From Azolla caroliniana (lineage: Eukaryota; Plantae; Polypodiophyta): 64,000 bases of DNA. Shown piece by piece: positions 52,377 to 64,000 of the stretch (the stretch's first letter is position 1; each line of letters starts with the position of its first letter). The stretch lies in the NCBI GenBank assembly GCA_043228905.1, contig JBHGNT010000020.1, positions 12,524,001-12,588,000 of the forward strand. The letters run 5' to 3'. The translations under genes were made by a program, and so were the position numbers. A model generated the notes under the pieces. It had not been told where the DNA came from. It searched no databases and was given only the letters and a program-made list of their open reading frames with translations.

Positions 52377-53330
52377 TTATTCTATAGACACATTCCAAGC
52401 TATTCCATTGACAACAACAAAAGTAGTTGCATCCAAAGACAAGACCTCGCAACTCATAGATATGAACCATTTCAATGCTTCTTCAACCTGCTCTTGTTCA
52501 ACATAATTTGTAATCAATACATTCCAAGCTATTCCATAAACATAAACAAAAGTTGTGACATCCAGAGACAAGCCCTCGCAACTCATAGATTGGAACCATT
52601 AGAATGATTTTTCAGCATGCTATATCCACCAATGCAATTCCAATAAATCTTCCTTTACCCTAAAAACCGAATGCTACCACAAGCTTCCAAGGTAGAGAAC
52701 AATGTATTCCATGCCTCTACATCTCGGTTTTGAAGGCAATCAAATACATTCTATACTTCTTCAAGACAACCACATTTCATATGCACGTTCACATCAATCA
52801 TCTTGTTGGTTAACACCAAATTCTTGGTTCTATACTCCCTCCATTCTCTTGAAACTACCTCGTATACATGAAGACAATGAACCACTTGTATGCTCACACA
52901 ACTTCGGAGAACCATAGCATGTAGACCATTCTTCAAATTACATCATTCTGCCACATCCAATCCTTGTTGTATGATCACCAAGTAAACCACAAAAAATCTC
53001 TGTTGAACCATGATCCACCTAGCCACATATAGCATATGTCCAACAATGCCTTTCCAAGCTCAATATTGTCTTTTAGCAGCCTGATACTCATGATTCCATT
53101 GCAAGTTACTGTGCCTATTAACCACTCCTATAGTGCCACTTGGTAGTAATATCCTGAAATTAGTGCATTTTTAGAAGCCATAGCCTGAACTGGAAGTCCC
53201 TCTTTCCTCATAGGTAAAGCACACAAGATGAGGGTCATATGGCGGCCTTCTAGCGTCTTCCATTACTTTGTATCCACACAAAGAAGTTGCATTGTGAAAC
53301 ACCATCCTTCTTCAACCTGCTCATAGTTAG
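52377..53330 (-). pseudogene. PLS-type pentatricopeptide-repeat gene fragment inside the hAT element
   Basis: WNVLITNYVEQEQVEEALKWFISMSCEVLSLDATTFV and neighbouring degenerate PPR motifs with stops and frameshifts. Confidence 0.8.
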
Positions 53331-54599
53331 CTACACCTAAAATTGTTTCCACTCATCCTCCCCAGAAAAAAGAGAAAACCACTCCCCAAATTTGAAAAAT
53401 AAATGAAACATAATCTATCCTCCTTGTCACTCCCTAGAAGTGCTTCAACATCCTTTAACATCATCCATCTGCCCCATAATAAAAAGATTTTCTCATAAGG
53501 ATGGATTCCCCAAGCAAAGCCAAACCACTCTTGTAATTTCCACTTTTAATGTAGACAAAGTAGTTACATCTTGAGACAGTCTTTTATTTTCCACATTTAA
53601 CCAACTTATAAATAGCAATGCATAAGGCCTGGTACCAAATGTATACATCCTAACCATTCATTTTTTGTTGTGGAGTAATTATTTTCTGCAGGAGTAAGCG
53701 ATCAACTTATATAGGCAATCAGGTGCTTTGCCCCTGTTGTATCTGCTTGTAGTAGTACAACTCCCTACCCATGATTTGGTGCGTTTGGTTGCAAAAGGAA
53801 GGGGCGTGAGAAATCTGGGTGCGCCAACTAACGTGCTTAGTTTAGTGTGTTTTTCAATTGGATGAAGTTGTTCTCACATTCTATTGTCCACTCAAACTTT
53901 GAGCCTTTTCGTAATAGGTGTCGTAGAGGGGATATCATGATTCATACTTATTATAAATTTGTTCATTATACTTATCATAAATTTGCTCATCATACTTATC
54001 ATAAAATTGCTCAAATTTGGTCATCATTCTTATTATAAATTTGGTCATCATAAATGAAAAGGAGACTCTACATATAATGCATATAAGATTTAATAAGTTA
54101 AAACTAGAGTTTAAAATTAAAAGTTGAAAGCTAGAGCCTATACGGAAAATTTAGGAGTATTTTTTAACCTTTAAACTGAAACACATATTAAACCGAAACC
54201 GCTAAACCATGAAATTCAAAACCGAACTAATTAGTAACATTTGAAACCAAACCAAACTGTTTATTTATCTTCGAACTTATAAACCGTTAAGCCACGGTTT
54301 AACAATTCGTTCGGTTTGAACCGAAACGGGGCCCATTGCTATTCATACTCACCACCTTTTCAGTATAGGTCACTTTTTCCCTACATCGACCCTAGCTAGG
54401 CTCAAACCCTTAACCTTTTATCTTTCATCGACCTTTTTGTTCAAGTAGACAACTCTTGCCACTTGAGCTACCTTTAGTTGTTTGGTTAATTCTACCTTGT
54501 CACTTCTTCTTTGGGAATCTCTTAATCTTGACCTATTGCAAACCTAACATTTATCTACTTTTGTTCCCTTTCACGTACCACATCACAACAACCACTTCG

Positions 54600-55480
54600 A
54601 TTATGGAGTGTAGAAGATCTTCAAACGTTCTATTTAAGCTAGTTCTTGCAAATGTATTCTTTGGAGAGTATTGATTGGGGGTTTACCTTTGGGATTACCT
54701 CTAAAGAGATGCAAACTAGCTACAAATACTTGCTTTGTTTGTAGTGATCAAGTGGGGTTTGACATATTTGGGGCTACATTTCTCTGATTTGGAAACAACC
54801 ATAAGCTTGTGAGGTACTTTTTTGAAGCTTAAGCAAGTTTTTGATAACCTTTCTATGGACATAATCTCAAAAGGGAATGATCTTGTCTCAAGAAGTAAGA
54901 GGTGTATTGTGTTTGTTTCTTAACTTGGAGAAACGTTGTAGGAAAATGTTTTTGGATATTTTCAAGCTCTTTCTAAGTGGTCTTAGGAATGACATTACCA
55001 CCCATACTTCCACCCTATAGAGAACACCTAATGTTAATAGTCATCAAAGTGTCGAAAATGTATTTCTTGAGGACCAAACATTTTATTTCTCTACCATTGC
55101 ATGTATTCTCAAATGCATAATATGTTGTCTTTCTCACCTCTAAGCGGCAAGTAGAACGTTCATTCTATATATGATATGAGGGAACTTTAAAGGCGAAGGT
55201 AGGTATTTTAAGATTTCCATAAACTCATATGGCTCATTATTCTACATAGTGTGGGCGTTATCCTTATTTTAACACTTCACAAGCATAATTGTTCTTTTAG
55301 AGCTATTGATACTCAACTTAGTATGTATACAAAACTCTTCCAATGCCCTTATAAGCTTGTGTGCATCTCCTAAAGTATTTGCAAATAACACCACATCAAC
55401 TATGCACAAGCTTACGATGATGACTATATTCCCAATGATAACATCTTCAATGTCTTCTTCCTTTACTAACTTCATTCACG
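54600..55480 (-). mobile_element. Degenerate RTE/RTE-X-like LINE fragment
   Basis: VDVVLFANT...LEEFC..TKLSIN..K RT end and LY.VEVWGG...ELENIQK; similar to 62940-63985. Confidence 0.7.
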
Positions 55481-58400
55481 CACACACGCACACACAAAGA
55501 GAAGTCAATTGGTAAGGTTGTTTGGCAAAGACTAGAAGTTGTATCAAAGTTTGACACTCTAAAGTTCAAACTTGTTCAAGGAAAGTTATACATAGCACAA
55601 GAGTCTCCCCACATGTGCTCCAACACCCCATCTCATAGCAAAGTGAATGTGACTTAAGCATACAAAACCAATGGCGTAGATGGAGAACAAAGGGATGCAC
55701 TCAACTAGCATGTATAAATGATGTGGTTTCCCTTAGGAGAAGATGATTGTACTTTGGTGCAACATAAGTAATGTAATGAGATAACGAGATGCATGGATTG
55801 ACACTAGGTAATTGTTCTCTTTTGCACATTTCAATTGGAAGATAGTCTCACCTATTCATACAACATCCAAATGCTCGAAAGATTTGGAATTAGATCGTTG
55901 AGATTTGGTAGATTTTGTCATGTTGTTAGCTAACACCAAGACAATGGGTATTTGCTCAATTTACAGTAAATGGCTCCACTTTAGAGATGATGGTAATCAT
56001 TCTCTTTTTGAGATATTGGAAACTACAACATAATTGGGGCATCCATAATGCTTTCAAGTTTACGGTAGACATGAAAGTAAAGTCACACATCCGAAAATTG
56101 AAGTGAGCAAGTGGACATTTTCCCTATACTTTGGGTGGGTGTCCTTGCCTTTTTGAGCTTCAAGATGTCACACTACCCATGCCATTCTTTGTGGTTTATT
56201 ATAGGTCATCATGGCTAGAGCCATTGCAATGTTTTTAGCCTAATCATTTTGTCATGTATGTAGAAGTTCTACAAATGAAGAATAATTTTTCTGGGAAGAA
56301 AAACAAATATAAAAAGCTCCAAATTTTCTAAAACTCCATGATCATGAGCTTAATGCATTTGGTGTAATGATTTTTGATATTGTTGACAAGCATGAAGAGC
56401 ATATCTACTATGTATGATAGTTTTGATGATTGTGCTAACGCATATTCAAGGTTAATCCAAGCAATGAAATAAGTTTATGATTAAGTTTAACAAGTGCATT
56501 TCGGTATCTTTGTGCGGATTGGAGATGGTGAGCAATGATCTCCAGATCTAGCAATTGTATCTCTATTGGTAGAGAGAGGGACCTTACATGCGCACTAGAC
56601 TTAAGAAAAGAAGTCAAGTGTCTGTTGCAAGTTTTGCTAAACTTGGAATATTAATGTTTTATGATGTATTTCTTAGAAAAGAGGCCAACTTTTGGAAGCA
56701 TTTGAGTGTTAAAATATCATGGTGTATCCTACCCAAGTTAAGAGACCAATTTTTGGAAGCACACACGTGTTAATGGCTCGTGTGTATCCTACTGAAGTAA
56801 AGAGGCCAATTGTTGAAAGTAGGGAAGCCACACTCATTTATGTGGCCATTGTAAATATTACATGAGAGAAAAAGAAACAAAGAAACCATAACACCATGCT
56901 CACACTCACAACTTTAGCATCTATATGCATGAGCCAACAAAGTAGATCAAACCAAAGGAACCTTGAGAAATTGAAAACATGACCATGGTATCTTAACACC
57001 GTCAACGTGTGTCATTGCCTTCATATTACAAATATAGCATCTTCGTATTATAATCACTCCACATGAAATAAAGTCCTTAGGATTGCCAACATGATGTTGA
57101 ATATATCACTAGAACATGATCCATCCTTACATAAATGCGAAGCAATCATGAACTTAATTGGAAAACACTTTACCATCCAGACCACGATTATGAAACACCA
57201 ACATGTTCCCATTCTTTACGATCACCAACACAACTTACATACTCCAGTTATATGCATGTGCATACTTTACAAATAAAAAACTATACTTCTAAGAGGCATG
57301 TCATATGCCCATGTACAAGTTGACCCATTTGGGCTCCCTTTGGTGTGGCATTGATAAAGTTAAAACCACACATTATTTCTTATCTTGCCACCAAATGAAT
57401 ATCTCGAATATTCAACATATGTACAAAAATCACGTTGGCATCATTTTACCTTTTTCCCAAAAACTGATATGCAAAATATTGGTGGCTATTGCAATGGTAC
57501 ACCAAGCACCAACCTTGATTAGTCAAATATACATTATAAATGTCAAAGACATAGCTAAGATCTTGGTATTTCATTGGATTTGGAAAGTCAACACTATGCA
57601 TGCTAACACTAGCTACGAGTGTAATGCTTGCATTGATACGTAACACATTCATGTGATCATGTAGCTCGATCTCAAGACCACCTTGTACTAAATTTAGTAC
57701 TTTAACAAAATAGGGTAATCACTAAGGAACACTTGTATACATCTAGTTGGACAACAAAACATCTTTATTTTGTCTTTGTAGAAGAAGAGACATAGGGACC
57801 CCTACAACACCGATAAATTGAAGTCGAGATTTCTTTTCTTTTTCCAAAGGCCCACATTTAAAACTCAAGTTAGTAGTCTATATTTTCTCTCGTTTCCTTT
57901 CAGAAAAAGTCTTGATAGAGAGGGAGATATGGCTAACCACCATTTTTAAGCATGTTTGTTTAACATCAACATAAAAAATATGATCTGAGAAGGCACCAAC
58001 ACATCACAAGCATTATGGAACCAGTACTAAAATGTTCAATTATATTCAAATGAATACTTATTTGCAAATCACAATGAAGAGACAACCCTTCATTTTCTAT
58101 CTTACTTGTAAACTAGTCGGATATCAATTTCTTGGTCAACATCATGCTCAAATGTCATTGCATCATCACATTTCTAGACAGTTTGAATAGAACATTAGAA
58201 TCTTACATGGTATGGTTTACTATATATGCATGACTTCACATTACATTAGAACACATTATATAAGTTAAAATATGGCCCACATTGATCAAGGAATGAGTTA
58301 TGATTTATCCAAAGCATGCCAATTATTTAAGGTGCACATACAACGAGTTTCACAAGATGACACTTAGTAATCATGAAAGTCCCACAAGTAACCATCAAAG

Positions 58401-59649
58401 TTCATGAAACATATAATGAGTTACAAACATACCCCAACTACATTATTGCACATCCGTTTCTAAGTTTTTAATAAAGATGACCTTCATAGCCAGAGCATTC
58501 TTTTGTTTACAAAAAAGACTTTCAAATCATGTGCATGCATATGTGATTCCACTTCATTATACTAGCATCATTATTAGCCAAATAATCAATAAGTTAACAA
58601 CATTACATTGTGTGTATGTGTATCTATGATATAAATTTATGCTTTGAAAACCATTCATACTATGTAGAGGTTCATTGAATTTGTGCATTTGAAAAATTCT
58701 TCTTGTAATGCGTCTTATCAACATTAATTAATTTGTGTCAAGTATATTTGAAAATGAATTTGGGAGACTAGAGTCCAATAACCAATTCTGTCATAAACAT
58801 TGTGAGTAGGGTGCATGATTGAATATCTTGACGCATTATATTGACTCTAGAGACAACATTTGTATGTTTAAATTGCTTGGTACCATGTAAGCATTGTTCA
58901 ATTAATGGACAAGAATGAGTGAATGCTTGGATACATCATGCCAATGGGCCTTATTTGATTTCCATCGTTGTAATCAGTTTGATGAACATGTATTGCCTGT
59001 TAACATACTTCCCATGTTCCCGTACAATTTTCGAACATTTGATAACACCAACATCGAATGGATCCTTGATTTTGTTACAAGTTACCGATAGAGAATCGGA
59101 CGTAATATGAATTCTACGTTACCCACGATTTAGTATCAAAGTTATCAATCACTAGCTTAACAACACATCCATAGAGAATCAAACGTAATATGAATAATAT
59201 GTTACCAACAATTCACTACTGAAGTTAACAATTGACGAAAAGTTCCGTTAGGAATCGACAATGTTCATCACTCGAAAAAGTGTTTCCTAACTAACATATC
59301 CATGGATGATATTGTTAACTTGAGTTTAACCAGATGGATGATGGAACATGATGTATTTAGCACACAATTGGTGACAAACACTATAATTGATAGAAACCAA
59401 TGCATAATACATAACATCACCAAATGTGGCGAAACTCGAAACTTGTTGAAACTTGGTGACATATATTAGAGTCATCTACAAATTATATGTAAATTTTATT
59501 ACTGGACATGTATTTACACAAATTTACACTCCAAGCTGGAGTAGGTTTCTATGGTTAGTGATACCAATTAGTGATGAGACCTATTACTCAAACCCCTCTA
59601 ATTAGCATGTGGGTATAGGAGAATAGTGATGTGACCCACCATGTTACTC

Positions 59650-59960
59650 TCCAAATTAGCTCCATCCCTTGTAATTAGCACCAATGCTTCACCATTAGTG
59701 CTAATCCTAAATATAATCACCATCGCTCCTTTGTGATTAGTATTAAAACTTTAGGATTAGAGCTAATTAACAAATGTAATTAACACTAGGGCTAATCACA
59801 CATATAATTAGGGCTAAGTCACAAGTGTTTCTTAGTGCTAATCTTAAAGTAAGTAGTGTAATCACAAATGCAATTAGTGCTAATCACAAATGTTACTAGC
59901 ACTAATCTCAAATGTAAGTAGTGCTAATCACATATGTGATTAGTACTAATCTCCAAAGGC
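59650..59960. repeat. Degenerate ~22-bp repeat (TAGTGCTAATCACAAATG-like) downstream of the RGF gene
   Basis: Many copies of AGTGCTAATC(A/T) spaced about 22 bp apart. Confidence 0.7.
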
Positions 59961-60145
59961 AGCTAGGTCAAATCCTTTCCCATTAGCGTGTGAGTGGAGG
60001 TGCATCATTATATTATCATGAAGGCCCCCATTTGACTAATCCTTTTGTAAATGATAAGGATTGATTATGTATGATCGGGGAGGATTAGTGATAAGACCCA
60101 GCATTAAGATCCATGTGATTAGTGCTAATCATGAGATATTTGCAG

Positions 60146-60759
60146 CTAATTATTCTTAGGAGGATGGGTTTTGGGTTCATTGTAATCAACATGGAAGGAA
60201 GAGGCATAATTTTGATCATCATCAATCGGTGTGGAAGGATTCTGGGTTGAATTGAATGGCTGTTTTTGTTCATTGATTCCATTGAAATTAGATGATTCAA
60301 TGGTGAATTGTTTCTCTCGCACTGCTGCATTATCTCCGTAATGATGATGATGATGATGATGATGACCATCAGAATAGGATGCTGCCTTTAATAGCTTCCT
60401 TGATCTCATGATCAAAATCATCCTATCTGCAGGTTCGGTGTTCAAATCCTGTAAACAGTTAAGCCTCATCAAATCACTAGTTAAGCCTAACATAATCCCT
60501 ACTTAATAGCTAATCCTTTCATCATTACCACTAATATTAGTCATCAATCATCATAACATAATCACTAATTGCATACCTTATTATCAAGTGAGTGGTGATG
60601 ATGATGCTCTGTTCCAATAATGCCATCTTCGGATCTGTCACTTTCTTCTAATCCTGGCTTCAGCATGAAATCCATCGCCTTCATATGAGAGAAGAGAGCT
60701 ATTAAGATGATACTAGAGATTAAGCTTACACCAAGTAGCTTAATCACTATGCTAATCAT
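60146..60759 (-). CDS. RGF/GLV/CLEL-family secreted peptide precursor, 161 aa, exons 60759-60577 and 60448-60146
   Basis: Hydrophobic N-terminal signal peptide, AAG|GTATGC...CAG|GAT phase-0 intron, RKLL site, and C-terminal 13-mer DYNEPKTHPPKNN directly before the stop. Confidence 0.88.
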
Positions 60760-61114
60760 GATGATTAACGATCTAAACCCGACTATTATGAGTGGCTTAA
60801 TGCCTTATTTAATGAAGATGATCTTATAATATAGTTGCAAAGAAGATTGGAATCGGGAATAGAAGATTTGATTAGTGCCACAGGAGGAGTGATTAGCTGA
60901 TGAAGGGATGGAAAGAGTAGGAAGATTAGATTAGGGAATAATGGGGCCTAATTAGGGGGTCATTAATATAGATAGTAGAAGCTAAGTGTGTGTCACAAAA
61001 TCTAGTACTAAATTAATTACTAGGGAAGAGTCAAAGCCATAGATCATGTAATGTATTATTGCATGCATACTCCCAAGTCAAGCTACACATTTATATAAGT
61101 CACATCACACACAT

Positions 61115-62203
<1,089 letters not shown>

Positions 62204-62835
62204 GTGTATTGCCCCTAGAACAATGTGAACCCGCCACTCAAATATCTGTTGTAGCCTTAGGGTTGCTTGATTATCAAGGAAACGCTCTTAATCAACTTCG
62301 AGTGCCTTAGGTAACGTCCAGATATCGTACCTTGGTACCATCCAAATTGAAGAGATTGAGATCGCGACCCTGTCTTGACAACTTTTTCACCTAAATCCGC
62401 CCCTTCCAGCGTTTCGTGGATCGTCTCATACGTCGCACAGAATTCATCTCTTACACTCATAATTACATTTTGCTTTTTCTGGTCCGATTGTAAATTGAAT
62501 TCATGTTTTGGATGTACATTCTTTAATCCTTAGGCAAAACAAAAACCTTACACTTGAGAGGAGAATGAAAAAAAATGTAACAATATTGTCATCTTCTCTT
62601 GGTGCCTTATCTTACTCCAATATTGAAAAACAACTTCTATGATCAATATGCAAGTACAAATGCATGCCTGAATTTCTATATTGACTATACATTCATACTG
62701 ATTATTCATATAACTTTTATTGACGTCAAAACATGTCAAATATTGCAAAGAACTTGCGTGATCCATGTTCATCTCCAAAAGGTATTGAATATGAGAAGTT
62801 CTATGTTTTCAATTACACCATTGCATGCTTGAAAA

Positions 62836-62850
62836 AACCTACAACCTACA

Positions 62851-62890
<40 letters not shown>

Positions 62891-62906
62891 AACCTACAAC
62901 CTACAA
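62836..62906 (+). repeat. (CT)n tract embedded in (ACAACCT)n repeats
   Basis: ACCTACAACCTACAAC(CT)nACAACCTACAACCTACAA. Confidence 0.9.
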
Positions 62907-62939
62907 GTTCTATGACTCCAAGCCGGTTGGAAATCATAT

Positions 62940-63985
62940 TACCTTTCGGAGAACCAATGCAACCAAAGTGATACTTGTGGATGGGAAGTAAAACTAATGT
63001 TGTTCAATCCATGGTAACTCAAGTATTGCTTTATGGAGTAGAAGTATGGGGTGGCACCATCTCTCTTAATGCATGGAACGAGATTGAGAAAATTCAAAAG
63101 ATGTTTTTAAGGAGGCAATTAGGAGTTAAATGCACTACCTCTTACCAAGTTATGCTCTTGGAAATAGGTGTTTGACCCATAGAACTATTGCCACTCCAAA
63201 GAGTATATAAATACATTACAAAAGTCAAGAATATGTCGAATCATCGATTACCACATCTTGCTTGGAATGTTGGATGTAAGCTACAAAAGAGTCATAAAAG
63301 TAAGATTCTCTCATCTAGTTGGGTTGTTGACATAAGGAAATGGTTTAGAAGATGGGGTGTGGATGATCTTTTAGAGCTTTCGGGCAATGCTATGCGTATG
63401 TAATGATTGAGGAAAGGTTGGTGGAACCGTTAAGGATGAAGTGGGAGGATGCTAAGAGGACATAACTAGAATACTACATTGCAAATGTCAACCCTGAATG
63501 TTGGTCTCAATATAAAGCAAGAATGTCTATTGATCATATCCAACCTTATCTCATTACCAATATGACAAGTAATGCTCGTAGAGCCCTTACACTACTTCGC
63601 ACTCGATCTCACAAGTTAGGTATTGAAGTTGCATCATGGTATCAAAATGTAACGAATTTGAAGACATGTAAAGTATGCAATGAAGGCATGGTAGAGGATG
63701 AATGTTAGTTGCTCTTCACATGCTCTACATATAGTGCAATTCATTCAAGATATGCTGACATACTAAGAGGGAGTGATAACTTAAGTGCCATACTTAAGAC
63801 ACCACCTACAAGGTTGAGCTCATATGTGTATGTTTAACTAACACATAGAGACTTTGTGCTTCAACATATGAATATCCCTTCTTTGGAAGGAGACATATAT
63901 CAAGAACACATGTATACTCTGGTCCCATAGGTCAAAATTGGCCTCTTTATGGACGATTCTAATTCTAATTCTAATTCTAATTCTC
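62940..63985 (+). mobile_element. RTE/RTE-X-like LINE 3' fragment with (ATTCTA)n tail
   Basis: LLYGVEVWGG, IEKIQKMFLRRQLGV, RTRSHKLGIE..W, CKVC..VEDE...FTC; tandem ATTCTA tail at 63956-63984. Confidence 0.8.
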
Positions 63986-64000
63986 TCTCTCTGTTTTTTT

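Larger units (their letters stand above)
49674..54341. mobile_element. Non-autonomous hAT-type DNA transposon with cargo
   Basis: Perfect 13-bp TIRs TAGCAATGGGCCC / GGGCCCATTGCTA. Perfect 8-bp TSD TTCATACT at 49666-49673 and 54342-54349. AAACCG-rich subterminal regions; no transposase ORF. Confidence 0.92.

Noticed and set aside
55750-57650. Possible Mutator transposase or gene relic
   Set aside because: Only faint motif-like remnants; too decayed to call without a search.
62220-62460. GC-richer 67-aa ORF fragment
   Set aside because: No recognisable domain or splice structure.

Overview
Eukaryotic land-plant nuclear DNA. It is AT-rich, has spliced genes and is dense in transposon relics; the transposon families suggest a fern or other non-seed plant (inference). 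Host genes: FRA10AC1 homologue (+, 11 exons), pyruvate dehydrogenase kinase (-, 6 exons), DExH-box RNA helicase with a C-terminal dsRBD (-, about 19 exons), a two-exon RGF/GLV/CLEL peptide-hormone precursor (-), and an initiator tRNA-Met gene. Mobile DNA: two decayed Ty3/gypsy chromoviruses, several L1-like and RTE-like LINE relics, and two members of one non-autonomous hAT-type family (TAGCAATGGGCCC TIRs, 8-bp TSDs). The most notable observation is that both hAT elements carry unrelated cargo: one encloses the intact tRNA-iMet gene, the other a gypsy fragment plus a PPR pseudogene. Also notable are GC-AG and U12-type introns and a long intronic hairpin in FRA10AC1, G-quadruplex tandem repeats before its start codon, and a PDK intron built from tandem copies of its own splice donor. 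All calls were made by eye, without database searches.
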